From: Octopus sinensis
Lineage: Eukaryota
Assembly: GCF_006345805.1 (NCBI RefSeq)
Contig: NC_042999.1
Coordinates: forward strand, 164,672,001-164,736,000
Direction: 5' to 3'
DNA: 64,000 nt
Of this stretch, positions 53,321 to 64,000 are shown piece by piece. Position 1 is the stretch's first letter, and the number at the start of each line of letters is the position of its first letter. The notes under the pieces were generated by a model. The model had not been told where the DNA came from, made no database searches, and was given only the letters and a program-made list of their open reading frames with translations. Made by a program: the position numbers and the translations under genes.

Positions 53321-53699
53321 ATATATATATATATATATGGGCAACACACACTCACAGACATACATACACACACGTACATGCATACACCTATTGCATACAT
53401 GTTCGTGTGTGTGTGTTGCCCGTATATCAGCAAAACACTTTTTTCCTCAATGGAAAAAAAACAACAAAAGTCTTAACAAAGACTTAACTTCTGTTTGTAA
53501 ACAATGGTGATTTCTCTGACTTGAAAATTGTTAAAAGTTTTGGTTGAAAATTTATTTTTACTGCTATTCGCTGGTGCCTCTGGGGAAAATAAGTTGACGA
53601 AAATACAGCTAGGGTCATGACGAATGTCCTAAAATTGGAGCAACATGCGTGCTAATTTGTGGAAGTGCATAAATTACATTCACGTACACACACACACAC

Positions 53700-53900
53700 A
53701 CATCCTGCCTTTTATATATATACAGATATTAGCTTCTTTCAGTTTCTGTCTACCAAATCTACTCACAAGGCTTTGCTCAGCCTGAGGCCATAACAGAATC
53801 ACATGTATAGGCACTTGTCTAAGGCACCACATAGTGAAGCCTTGGAACCCAAAACCATATGGTTGGGAAGCAAACTTCTCAAAAACACAACTACACCAGC
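53700..53900 (-). mobile_element. SINE family A head half
   Basis: cttctttcagtttctgtctaccaaatctactcacaaggcttt...ggttgggaagcaaacttctc. Confidence 0.75.
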
Positions 53901-54233
53901 ACATGTATGTATATATAAGTGTGTGTGAGCATTTTTTCTTTTGAGTTTTATTTACTTGAGAGTCCAAGCCATTCACTGACAAAATGACAAGACTTCTTGA
54001 GTGAAGAGAGTTCCTGGTGTTTGTAAATATGGGGTTGAGTGGGTGTGCAGGTTGAGCTATTGATGGGCATACTCAAGTGTATGCATCTATTCACCTAAAG
54101 AATCTCACATGAAGAATCTTCAGAATGTCTTGCACTATTTGGAGAATCCACAGTCATTTTTGCTCTTTCTTTGAAAAACAGTATTTCTTTTTTCTATTTG
54201 TACATTTGTAGGTACGTAGCTTATTTATCTGTG

Positions 54234-54264
<31 letters not shown>

Positions 54265-55669
54265 TGTATGAATGTAGGTATGTAAATATGTAGATAGGTA
54301 TAATTTATATGGCTTTAGAAGAATATACATACACCGAGGAGCAAAGCCAATTTTGTAAGAGAACATAGAATTAACCACAAGCATCACCATCATCATTATT
54401 ACTACTATTATTAACATTGAGCTTCCTTACGGAGAGATAATCAACATGGCATATCTCTGAGCTACTGAATTCTGCAGTATCTGATCCATTGTGAAATTTT
54501 ATCACCTCTCATCTTTCTACGACTTGCCATTGACGTATTGCAGGTAGCTTCCATTATCAGCTTATTTTGTACATATGTGACAGACAGAAGACTAATTAAT
54601 TCCTGGCTGGATTTGAACTCAGAAACATGTAAGGCACCAAACGAAATTCTATGAAACATATTTTGTTAGCTAGTGAAGTTGAATTCGACTTCTCTTATGG
54701 AATGGAAAAAGCTAGTGTAGTGCACAGCATCAGACCAAAATGTCCTGATTGTTTCAATAGACCCTCTCATTTGATCTGGAGTCAAGTTCTAATTCCAAAC
54801 TGCACGTGATAGTTACTGGGAAAAATAACTTATTACATGATAAACTAAACACATGCAAATAATCCATTTCAGATGAATACTTCCGCCATACAAATAAGTT
54901 CAGATACCTCTAACTCATGGAGTAAGATTTTAAGAATTCTAGCTGATATATCAATCAACAAACGTTTGAGCTGAGTATCAACTTAGCTCAGTTATGCAGA
55001 TGTTATGAGAGCTACCATCACTTTTTCTTTACTTACCAATTCAAAAAAGTCTTTTCCCTATTTTGCCCTTTTGAACATAACACTGGCTACAACAAGGTTA
55101 CACCTCTTGGTCAAAGACCCAGAACCCACCCACCATTACTTCTTGTGAATTTCTATAGAACTGTTTTAATAACTGTCAACAATAGAGAATGCAGAGGGAG
55201 AAGAGAGTGAGAGATAAAGGGAAAGAGAGATGACAATATCTGCTGGTTTAGCAGAAGATTTAATGGAGATGGACACAAACTTAATATGAATGGTAGGAGG
55301 CAGAATATCAGTTATTGCTATTGGATCCAATCAGTGTAATGTTAGAGACATTAAGGAGGATGAATAGACAATGTAATGAAAGAAGAGAAAAGAGGTGATA
55401 GGAAAGACTGGTCAATTAAATGTGAAAGGCTATCAGCAGACAAATATTCCTTCATCTGACATGTTCTTTAATCCCAGAATATAAGGTTATCATCATCATT
55501 ATACCAGTTATAAAAGCAATATTTCCTAGTAAGGAATATGACAGAATAGTAATAAATTCAACTGAAATCAATTCATAATTCAGACTCAGGTCCTTCTTCA
55601 AGCTATTGCACTTCACTTTCATCAATGATTGCTACATGTTCCAATTTTATTAACCTTATAAATTCATTC

Positions 55670-56250
55670 AAATGCTCAGTGGTCCCCTAGAAATAATTGA
55701 TAGCCTCTGTTAGAGAGGTGACCTAATGCACAGCTGCATAGGGTGTATTCTGAGAGCATAATAATCAGAATAAAAACAGGATGAAAAATATTCATAGACA
55801 AAGTACTTCTGCTGACAACAAAGGGATTTTCTCTTTCAGTGAAGGGCAGCTTGTATGATGCATTTGCTAAGTAGGATGCATGTATAAAAAGTATAATGTT
55901 GCTGGCAGTGAAATATGGGCACTGGATGCAGAAGCTGGAGGCTGGAAAGAAATGAGGTAAATATGCTCTGTTGGATGTATAATATATCAATGGAACACAA
56001 ATGGATTCAGAATAAAAGCTGGGTATAAAAGGAATCAGATATAATGTATAAAAGAGAAGACTCGGTGAACAGGGACATGTGATGTGCAGTGAGAGAGGTT
56101 AAGAAGTAGCAAGTCATCTATGAGCATGGATTCAGCAAAATAGGAAAAGTTAGGAAGACTTAGTTAAAACTTGTGAAAGAAATAACAAATGATCACAACT
56201 AGTGATGAAACACTATACTGGAGAAAACTTGTTCCACTATGGACATGGCA
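55670..56250 (+). mobile_element. RTE LINE 3' fragment (post-RT region), degenerate
   Basis: It yields EIIDSLC, GCILRA..IRIKTG*K, KGFSLSVKGSLYDA, GSEIWAL and RLERNE, matching the RTE C-terminal YLG..GC...RI..GW.KF...KG.LY...SETW pattern. Confidence 0.7.
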
Positions 56251-57083
56251 TTAATCGGAAGCCTCCTGCATATTTGATACACCAATGTTCAATAATGTGT
56301 TTGTACTTAAGATGTCAGTAACTGTTCTTAATTGGTTCTGTAGACTTTACATTTCAAAACAGCATTGTTCAATAAAGTGATTTCCATAACTTTAAAAAAA
56401 AAAAAAAGAAGAAAAGGAGTCATTTGAGTCCTTTTTCGATCAACCTCTCCTACAGATGCTTTCTGTTGCTAATTCACAGTACTTTGTTTTCGTGACTTGT
56501 CATCCTAAATTACTAAAGCAGTTCAGTCTCTTAAATTATGCATTACCTATTGACACCTAGTCATGTGTCTAATTGATTCCCAAAACTTAGCATTTTGCAT
56601 TCACCAAATCATGCTTTGCTTTAGGCTCACATTTCTTATACACGTTTCATATAGTCTGTTGTATGTTCAGAGAGTTTCCATTTCCATCTGGAGAGAAGTT
56701 CATAAAGCCTCTAAATACAGCAACAATGTCACTTTATCTACAGCCCTGATTATGTCAAAGCAACAAATCAGCACCTCCCAGTCAGCCTTAGCTTATTTGC
56801 ATTCATGTTACAAGTTATTCTGATGCAATCGGTAGAATTATATACAGAGTAGGGTAACACATACATAAAAAGAGAAAAAAAACTTTGATTAAACCAAGAT
56901 CCAAGCAACTACTATCTAAGTCTAAATCAATACAAAGAAAAAAACAAGCAACGAAGATAACTTCCCATAAGATCTGTTGAGAAAACTTTTTTGACAGAAC
57001 TGACAATGGCAGACCAAAAGAGTTCTGGTCCTTAAAGTCAAATGATGAAAGTAACACACATATTTCAGTTTTATTAAACTTTC

Positions 57084-57490
57084 TAGGCATAGGAGTGGCT
57101 GTGTGGTAGGTAGCTTGCTTACCAACCACATGGTTCTGGGTTCAGTCCCACTGCATGGCACCTTGGGCAAGTGTCTTCTACTATAACCTCCGCCCGACCA
57201 AAGTCTTGTGAGTGGATTTGGTAGATGGAAACTGAAAGAAGACTGTCAAATATATGTATATATGTGTGTATATATATGCGCATATGTGTGTATATGTTTG
57301 TCCCCACAACATCACTTGACAACCAATGCTGGTGTGTTTACGTCCCCGCAACTTAGTGGTTCGACAAAAGAGACCGATAGAATAAGTACTAGGTTACCAA
57401 AGAATGAGTCCTCGGGTCGATTTGCTCGACTAAAGGCTGTGCTCCAGCATGTCCACAGTCAAATGACTGAAACAAGTAAAAGAGTAAAAG
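57084..57490 (+). mobile_element. SINE family A, full-length young copy
   Basis: taggcataggagtggctgtgtgg...ggttcagtcc...gactgaaacaagtaaaagagtaaaagag. Confidence 0.92.
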
Positions 57491-58221
57491 AGTTTCTTAG
57501 TGAAGAATATTCTACTCACCCGACAAAACTAAGAATGACATACATACAAACAAACAAACAATCAAACAAAGAGAGAGAAGGGCAGGCTGTAGTGACTATC
57601 AACAATATAGCCAAGGGTCTCATTTTGCATAATCAGTGGCTCTACATTTCATCTAATTCTTTACAGATATTGCTCAATTATAGTCTTGTCAACTGAATAG
57701 AACCCTTCAAAGATGGTTTTATGATGCACTTAAGCTCTTGATGTATTCAAACCCTTTATCTTCACCATGGCTGGGCAAGGTCAAACTTGCTTTGCTTCTT
57801 TTTAATGAAACATTATATATCAAGAATAAAAATTAAAAACAACTATCAACTCTTCAATATTGCACATTATGAAATTATGAAAAAAAGACTAATTGAAAAT
57901 TGACAAAATAAAAACATAGATAAACATAAATGACAATTTTGTCTAATATAAGATGTGAAGGATAGCTATTTCTTTGACGATGTGTAATTTTCAAAGATCC
58001 TTAAATACTACAGATTGTGCACCAAATCCATTGCATCAGGTTGCAATTCATGATACAAATATCTCCTAACATGGTAAAATTATTAAGAATTAAAAATATA
58101 ATGTAAAACAGAAAATGCAAAAGCAGACCTAAGTAAAAACTAATGAAAATGGTACTGGTTTCATTATTTTTGCCTTATTAAAGTAAATAAAATATGCATA
58201 ACATTATGCTTATTAGCTGTA

Positions 58222-58430
58222 AGGCATCAAACTGGCAGAATTGTTAGCATACTAGGCAAATGCTGAGCGGTATTTCACTGTCGCTATGCTCTGAGTTCAA
58301 ATTCTGCTGAGGTCAATTTTGCCCTTTGTCCTTTCAGGGTCAACAAGTACCAGTGAAACACTGCGGTCCAACTAATTGACTAGTCCCCTCCATCAAAACT
58401 TCAGGCCTTTGCCTTCGGTAGAAAGGATTA
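58222..58430 (+). mobile_element. SINE family C, full-length copy (other plus copies about 19958-20070, 38430-38600)
   Basis: aaggcatcaaactggcagaattgttagc...ctgagttcaaattctgctgagg...gtagaaaggatta. Confidence 0.8.
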
Positions 58431-59293
58431 AGTTTATTAGCTGTATAAGTGTTCACTTTCTTACAAGTCTTAAAATGTAAAGGCAACAAGAAAATAAATG
58501 TATATGTAATAAATGAAAATAAATATTTTTCATGGGGACCTCTTTTCTTTAACCAGAACTTATTTCATTGAACTTTTAACAGAAAAAACAGTTTTAGAAA
58601 ATTGTCAATCAATTTGATTTTCATCCAAAGTCACTTAGTAGCTACATGGATGAAAGAATTTGACAGGGGTGACTATGCCATGAATCTCACCTGCCAAAGT
58701 TGGGGACTTGGTGTATGATGCAATTCTTCTGGAGAGAAAGAAAGAGGAGAGAGTGAATGAATGTGAGAGTGTGTGAGAATGAATGAGAGAGAGAGAGAGA
58801 GAGTTTAACAAATAAAGATTTTGTTTTTGGCAAACAATGTTTTATGTATTAAATAGAATCTAACCTTTTTAATGTAAATCATGTATATACAAAAGATTTT
58901 CACACACTTCCACGCACACATGCACACACACACACACCACACATACACACTATTGTATGAAAGTAGTCTAGAAATATTTGAACATAATAAAAGTTTGAGT
59001 ACTTCCAAACAATAAATAAGAAAAGTAGGGATGAAATACCCTGACAGATTCAAGCAACTCCAGATTAAGGTAAATCTATGTCACCATTTTGTCTTATTCT
59101 TTGAGTTACCCTCAAGGCATTGTGACTAAACCTCATCCACTAATTGTACAAACATATAAATACAGACCTTTATAGCCATATTTTTATTAATCCTGTTTCT
59201 GCTTCCTGTTAGTACAGTCTCCCATTTACTAGCATCATTTTCTATTTTTTTTATCATTAAGGGATGCTATAGGAATTTAAAATTCTAAGCATA

Positions 59294-59527
59294 TCTTTTA
59301 TCTGTTTCAGTCATTAGACTGTGGCCATGATGGGGCAGTGCTTTGAAGAAGTTTAATCAAATAAATCATCCCTAGTACTTATTTTTTTTAAACCTCATAC
59401 TTATTCTATAAGTCTTTTTTGCCAAATCACTAAGTTATGGGGATATTAACACACCAACACCAATTGTCAAATAGTGGTGCGGACCATCCGCAGACACAAA
59501 GACACCACTCACACATACACACATGTA

Positions 59528-59571
<44 letters not shown>

Positions 59572-60142
59572 GCGCAGGAGTGGCTGTGTGGTAAGTAGCT
59601 TGCTAACCAACTACATGGTTCTGGGTTCAGTCCCACTGCGTGGCATCTTGGGCAAATGTCTTCTGCTATAGCCCCGGGCCGACCAATGCCTTGTGAGTGG
59701 ATTTGGTAGACGGAAACTGAAAGAAGCCTGTCGTATATATATATATATGTATGTGTGTGTTTGTGTGTCTGTGTTTGTCCCCTTAGCATTGCTTGACAAC
59801 CGATGTTGGTGTGTTTACGTCCCCGTCATTTAGCGGTTCGGCAAAAGAGACCGATAGAATAAGTACTGGGATTATAAAGAATAAGTCCCGGGATCGATTT
59901 GCTCGACTAAAGGCGGTGCTCCAGCATGGCCGCAGTCAAATGACTGAAACAAGTAAAAGAGTAAAAGAGTATACATACACACACATACATACAGTGGGCT
60001 TCTTTCAGTTTCCGTCAAACAAATCCACTCATAAAGCTTTGGTTGGCATGAGACTATAGTGGAAGGCATGTACCCAACAGTGAGACTGAGCCTGGAACCA
60101 TGTGATTAGGAAACAAACTTCTTACCACCCAGTCACACCTAT
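59294..60142 (-). mobile_element. Older SINE family A copy split by a younger inverted copy (tail about 59294-59520, head about 59971-60142)
   Basis: The tail and head modules are collinear on the minus strand on either side of the insert. Confidence 0.8.
59570..59969 (+). mobile_element. SINE family A, full-length young copy nested in the central microsatellite of an older copy
   Basis: agcgcaggagtggctgtgtggtaagtagc...gactgaaacaagtaaaagagtaaaagag with CpGs retained. Confidence 0.92.
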
Positions 60143-60379
60143 ATTTATCTTTGTTAGTTTAAGTAACCTTTGTGTTTGTAAATGGTTTTCATGAAAAGCT
60201 TTGTATTGTTTCCTTTTTCTTAACCTTTGTATTGTTTCCTTTTTTTCACACCTCAATGGTTAATTGTTCTCTTTACATTTATTGGCTTCAATTTTATTAG
60301 TGTAAGGCTTTTTCACATTTATTTATTTATTTATTTTGCTTTTTATTGTTCTGGAGAAAGTCTTGCAATCCCCTATGGC

Positions 60380-62064
60380 TATTTTTGAAGAGGAAGCATC
60401 CAAAAATTCTGATGAAAAATCACCATCTGATAATTTTCTCTGTACTAATCCAAAAATGAACATTAAAAATGTTCTTTTGTACAATAACAAGTATTTATCC
60501 ATGGGCGTACATGAACTAGCGATCCATGTCATACTATTCTATAGGACCTTACTTATGGCAAACATTGTTCAAATGCAGTAGTGGCTCTAGCAAAATTGAA
60601 AAGATACTTGATGATAAATCACAATTGTATAAAAAGTAAAAATGCTGATTAAACAAAATATAGCTTTTATAGCCAGTATCAGTGAAAAGCCTCAAGAAGC
60701 ATGCTATTTGGTTGCACAAATTATTGCCCAGAAAAGAAAGTGTCACACAGGTGATGAGTGCCTGATAATGCCAGCATGTAGAATTATCTTAGAGAAATGT
60801 TGAGACAAACTGCAGTGGAAGAAACTGAAAATGTTCTACTTTCAGTTGATTCATTGATGACAAGTCACATGATGCTGAAGTGGAATTGTATGATAAACTG
60901 AAAATAGAAGTTTTTCTATCCAGGTTGATGAGTCAACAGATCTTACCAATAAATGTTACATTGTAGCTTTTGTAAGATTTGTCAATAAGGATGAATTCAA
61001 GAAAACTTTTTTCTGTGAAAACACGAGATCTCTCCTACAAGAACTGTGTTTGGCACCTGTACTGAGACTGCCCCCATCGATAGTTGTCTCCATAAGAGAC
61101 TTCTCTAGTAAAACAAGATAAAATAAATAGCATCTTAACATATTTCTTTCTTCACAAAGCAGTGCTGATTTTAAAATTTCTCAGAAGTGAATAAAAAACA
61201 TTTTTAATAATGCTACTAAAATGGTCAACAACATAAAACAAACCTACTTCACTCCAGAATATTTAAAAAGTAGTGTGAAAACTTGGACAAAGAGCACATA
61301 AAATCTCTTGCTACCACCAGAAATTTGGTGGCTGAAGAGAGGAAAAATTCTAAATAAGATGATTGAACTGAAAGAAGAATTGCTGGAGATACTTTCAAGA
61401 AAACAGTAAACCAGCATTTGCTAAGTGCTTTGAAGATGGAAAATGGTTGTAAGTGTTAATTTACTAAGCAAACAGTTTTCATTGCATGAATCAGTTGTAC
61501 AAATAAATGACAAGATCCAGGACAAAATATACAAACTTCAAAGTAAAAGATTTTTGGATTTAAAAGACTGAATCTTTATTAAAATCCTGTTGCAAAAAGA
61601 AATCTTGAAATGCTTCAATTATAAAACAATTATCAGTAAATTTCGAGTCATATTGAAACTCATCTGGAAAAATTTAATCAAAATAGAACTTTATTTTCTC
61701 TGCCTTTTAACAGAGGTATATGATTGAGAAAGAGAGGGATCCACACTCTGAATCTTCTGCTCATCCTGAGATGTAAGAGAAGAAGAAGAAGAAGCAGAGG
61801 ATGACATGCGGCATGGTCAAACAAAAATTGAGATTTGTTGTGAAGGAGGAGCATCCTGCCTTTCATTGGAAAGCTATAAATATACTGCAACAGTTTGAAA
61901 ATTCTTACAAGTAGGAAGGAGCTTTTTCATATTTAACAAATATCTAGAGCAAAGATAGAAACTATCTCCTTCCAGAAGAAGACAAAATCCAAGTGTAATT
62001 ATCTAAAGTATGGCCTTGAATTAAGTATCTGAGTACTAAAAGACAAAAACAGGTTTCTTATTAG
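60380..62064 (+). mobile_element. hAT transposase remnant of the Buster/Charlie (ZBED8/SCAND3/FAM200-like) type
   Basis: Fragments FLKRKH, YNNKYLSMG, EKPQEACYLVAQIIAQKRKCHT, LIMPAC and IQVDESTD..NKCYIVAFVRFV, with a C-terminal QKQVSY*. There are many frameshifts and I did not identify TIRs. Confidence 0.88.
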
Positions 62065-62789
62065 AAGTAAATTTTATCTAAATTCAAAAATAGCATTATC
62101 TTTACTCATATCACAAATTGCCTAGGTATATTTTATGCCTTTTTAACATTGTCAATAAAATATTAAACCAAGGTGATAATTATTTGTTTTTATTTCATCT
62201 ATTTGTGCTGTATAGGATATTGAGAACATGCAGTGTAGCAGAATGGTTAAAAAGTATGCTTTTACAACCACAAGGCTTTCAGTTTGATTCCACTGTGTGA
62301 CACCTTGGCCAAAATCCATCCTGTAAACCAATTGGTGACATCGCTGCTGCTGCTGGTGCCATGTAGAAAGAACCCCGTATGCTCTACAGAGCATAACTTG
62401 TAGATGGAATCTGTATAGAAGCCTACTGGGGAGATTGTACATGTAATTGAAGAAGTAAAGCTCAGTTACACTGCATCATGTTGATTCTGTTTGAGAATAA
62501 TATCAGGAGTACTAATCCAGGACCAAATAACTCAGATACTTTAACAACTGATATTCTCATATTCAAATGATGGCAGTCCCCCCCCCCCCCAAGAGGTTGG
62601 CTGTTTATGTTCTGTGAATCAAGATATCCCTGGTTCTTTTTTTTCTTGTGTGAAAGGAAGCCTTCTTGTGAATTCTTTTGAAAAATGTTCAAAATTTATC
62701 TAAAGAAGCTGAGCTTCACAGAGGAGATGACAAAGGACTCAGACAATTGGCAATTTGTTGTGCTTGAGAAGCTATAAAGACTTGTCCTC

Positions 62790-63460
62790 TATGTTCATGG
62801 CCCACAACACCCTGCACATGATCCATGTCTGACAAACCTGTCTCCCACATCCCATATTCTCAACACCTCCATCTGTTGTACTCCCTTTTCCCTCATCTCC
62901 CAATCTCCTTTGTTAAATCTCTTCCCCACAGCATATTCTCCTAACAATCGCTCCCATCCACTTCCCACTCTGCTTTTGCAAACTTGCAAACTTACCCTTC
63001 CACTCACACTATCCAATCCTTGCCCCCCCCCACTTCACTGTAATTTAATACACACCTCCTTCCTCCATCACATATTTACTATCTTTCCTTTTCCTTCTTT
63101 CCCTCACTTTCCAACTGAGGAAGCCATGTATCACCTTTACTTCAAAATACCTGTTGCTGTCCCTCTGCTCATATTCTAACCTCACTAATGGCACAAAGCC
63201 ACCTTCCTCAATACTACTCCCTGCCTCAGTTGAGGGGTCTTGTCTTGTACATAATTTGGTGACCTCACTGCCGCTATTGTCATTTAAAAAGTACCCAGTG
63301 CATTCTGCTATAAAGCGGTTAGCATTAAGAAGGGCATCTAGTCATAGAAACCATGCCAAAGCAGGTAGTAGAGCTTGGCACAGTCTCCTGATTTGCCTGC
63401 TCCTGTCAAACCATCCAACCCATGCCAGCATAGAAAACAAATGTCAAATGATGATGATGA
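62790..63460 (+). mobile_element. Long family B element
   Basis: Pyrimidine-rich 5' part, then acccagtgcatt...gcattaagaagggcatc...ccaacccatgccagcatagaaa and (ATG)n. Confidence 0.7.
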
Positions 63461-63834
63461 AACAGTTTGGTTTCTGTTACTTTTTGGATCCCCAATATAT
63501 TCAAGAAAAATTTAGGTTATTATTTTTTAAGTTATAAATATTAATTTTTTTGCTTAAACCAGTTTATACATTAAAATATATAACATATGTCTTATGAAAT
63601 TTTTAAATATATTATGTCTGTTTTAGTAAATTTAATTTTATAAAAGAAAAAGAAAAAAATGAATAATGATGTATAATAATGTTTTTGTAAGAGTTTCTTG
63701 AGGCAAGGAATTTATTTCAAGAGTTCTTCAAGAGTTCTTCAAGGTTCTAAACCAATGAGCTAAAGTAACTCAATAACTAGTAATATGCATGTGTGCATGT
63801 ATACATATGTACATATTACATGCATATATATATA

Positions 63835-64000
63835 TCTCTTATTATAAAAGGCAGATTTTATCTGCCTCCCTTTGGGAGTTATACAAATCTACAATATAGG
63901 ATTTCTTCAATTACAATTTACCTAGCATTTTTAAGAGTAGAATGCATCGCGTCATGCCAGGTCCAGTTTTTAAAATTTAAACTCCAATTAAGCAAAATTT
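63835..64000 (+). mobile_element. Possible Helitron-like element 5' end, running off the window
   Basis: It starts A|TC tcttattataaaaggcag directly after an (AT)n run. The 3' end is not visible. Confidence 0.4.

Larger units (their letters stand above)
50280..64000 (-). other. Probable PKC intron upstream of the C1A exon
   Basis: I found no short GFGKQGFQCQ-type exon on the minus strand in this interval. This is inference from absence. Confidence 0.55.

Noticed and set aside
43308-53433. Numerous ORFs rich in YI, YV, HT or CV dipeptides (here and across the window)
   Set aside because: They are translations of (TA)n, (TACA)n and (CA)n microsatellites, with no splice sites or domain similarity.

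Overview
AT-rich, microsatellite- and transposon-dense animal DNA, most likely from an octopod cephalopod (inferred from the SINE families, the RTE/CR1 LINEs and the (TA)n/(CA)n density; not verified by search). The only host coding sequence I can support is one 83-nt minus-strand exon (50197-50279) of a classical protein kinase C (end of C1A: [27 protein letters not shown]). I found neither neighbouring exon, so the window is probably all large PKC introns. The rest is mobile DNA: several tRNA-derived SINE families, a 5S-headed SINE, RTE, CR1-like and Hero-like LINE remnants, Tc1, mariner, piggyBac and hAT remnants, MITEs, Helitron-like pieces and Penelope-like short repeats with hammerhead ribozyme motifs. 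The most unusual signal is a hammerhead core at 49466-49527 whose strands occur in an order that fits none of the type I, II or III topologies. Also notable: a piggyBac nested in a Tc1, a SINE nested in an inverted copy of its own family, a ~105-bp (AAT)n/(ATT)n palindrome, and a near-identical 1.33-kb tandem duplication. Most ORF-track entries are microsatellite or TE translations, not genes. Boundaries of degenerate repeats are approximate and family labels A-E are my own.
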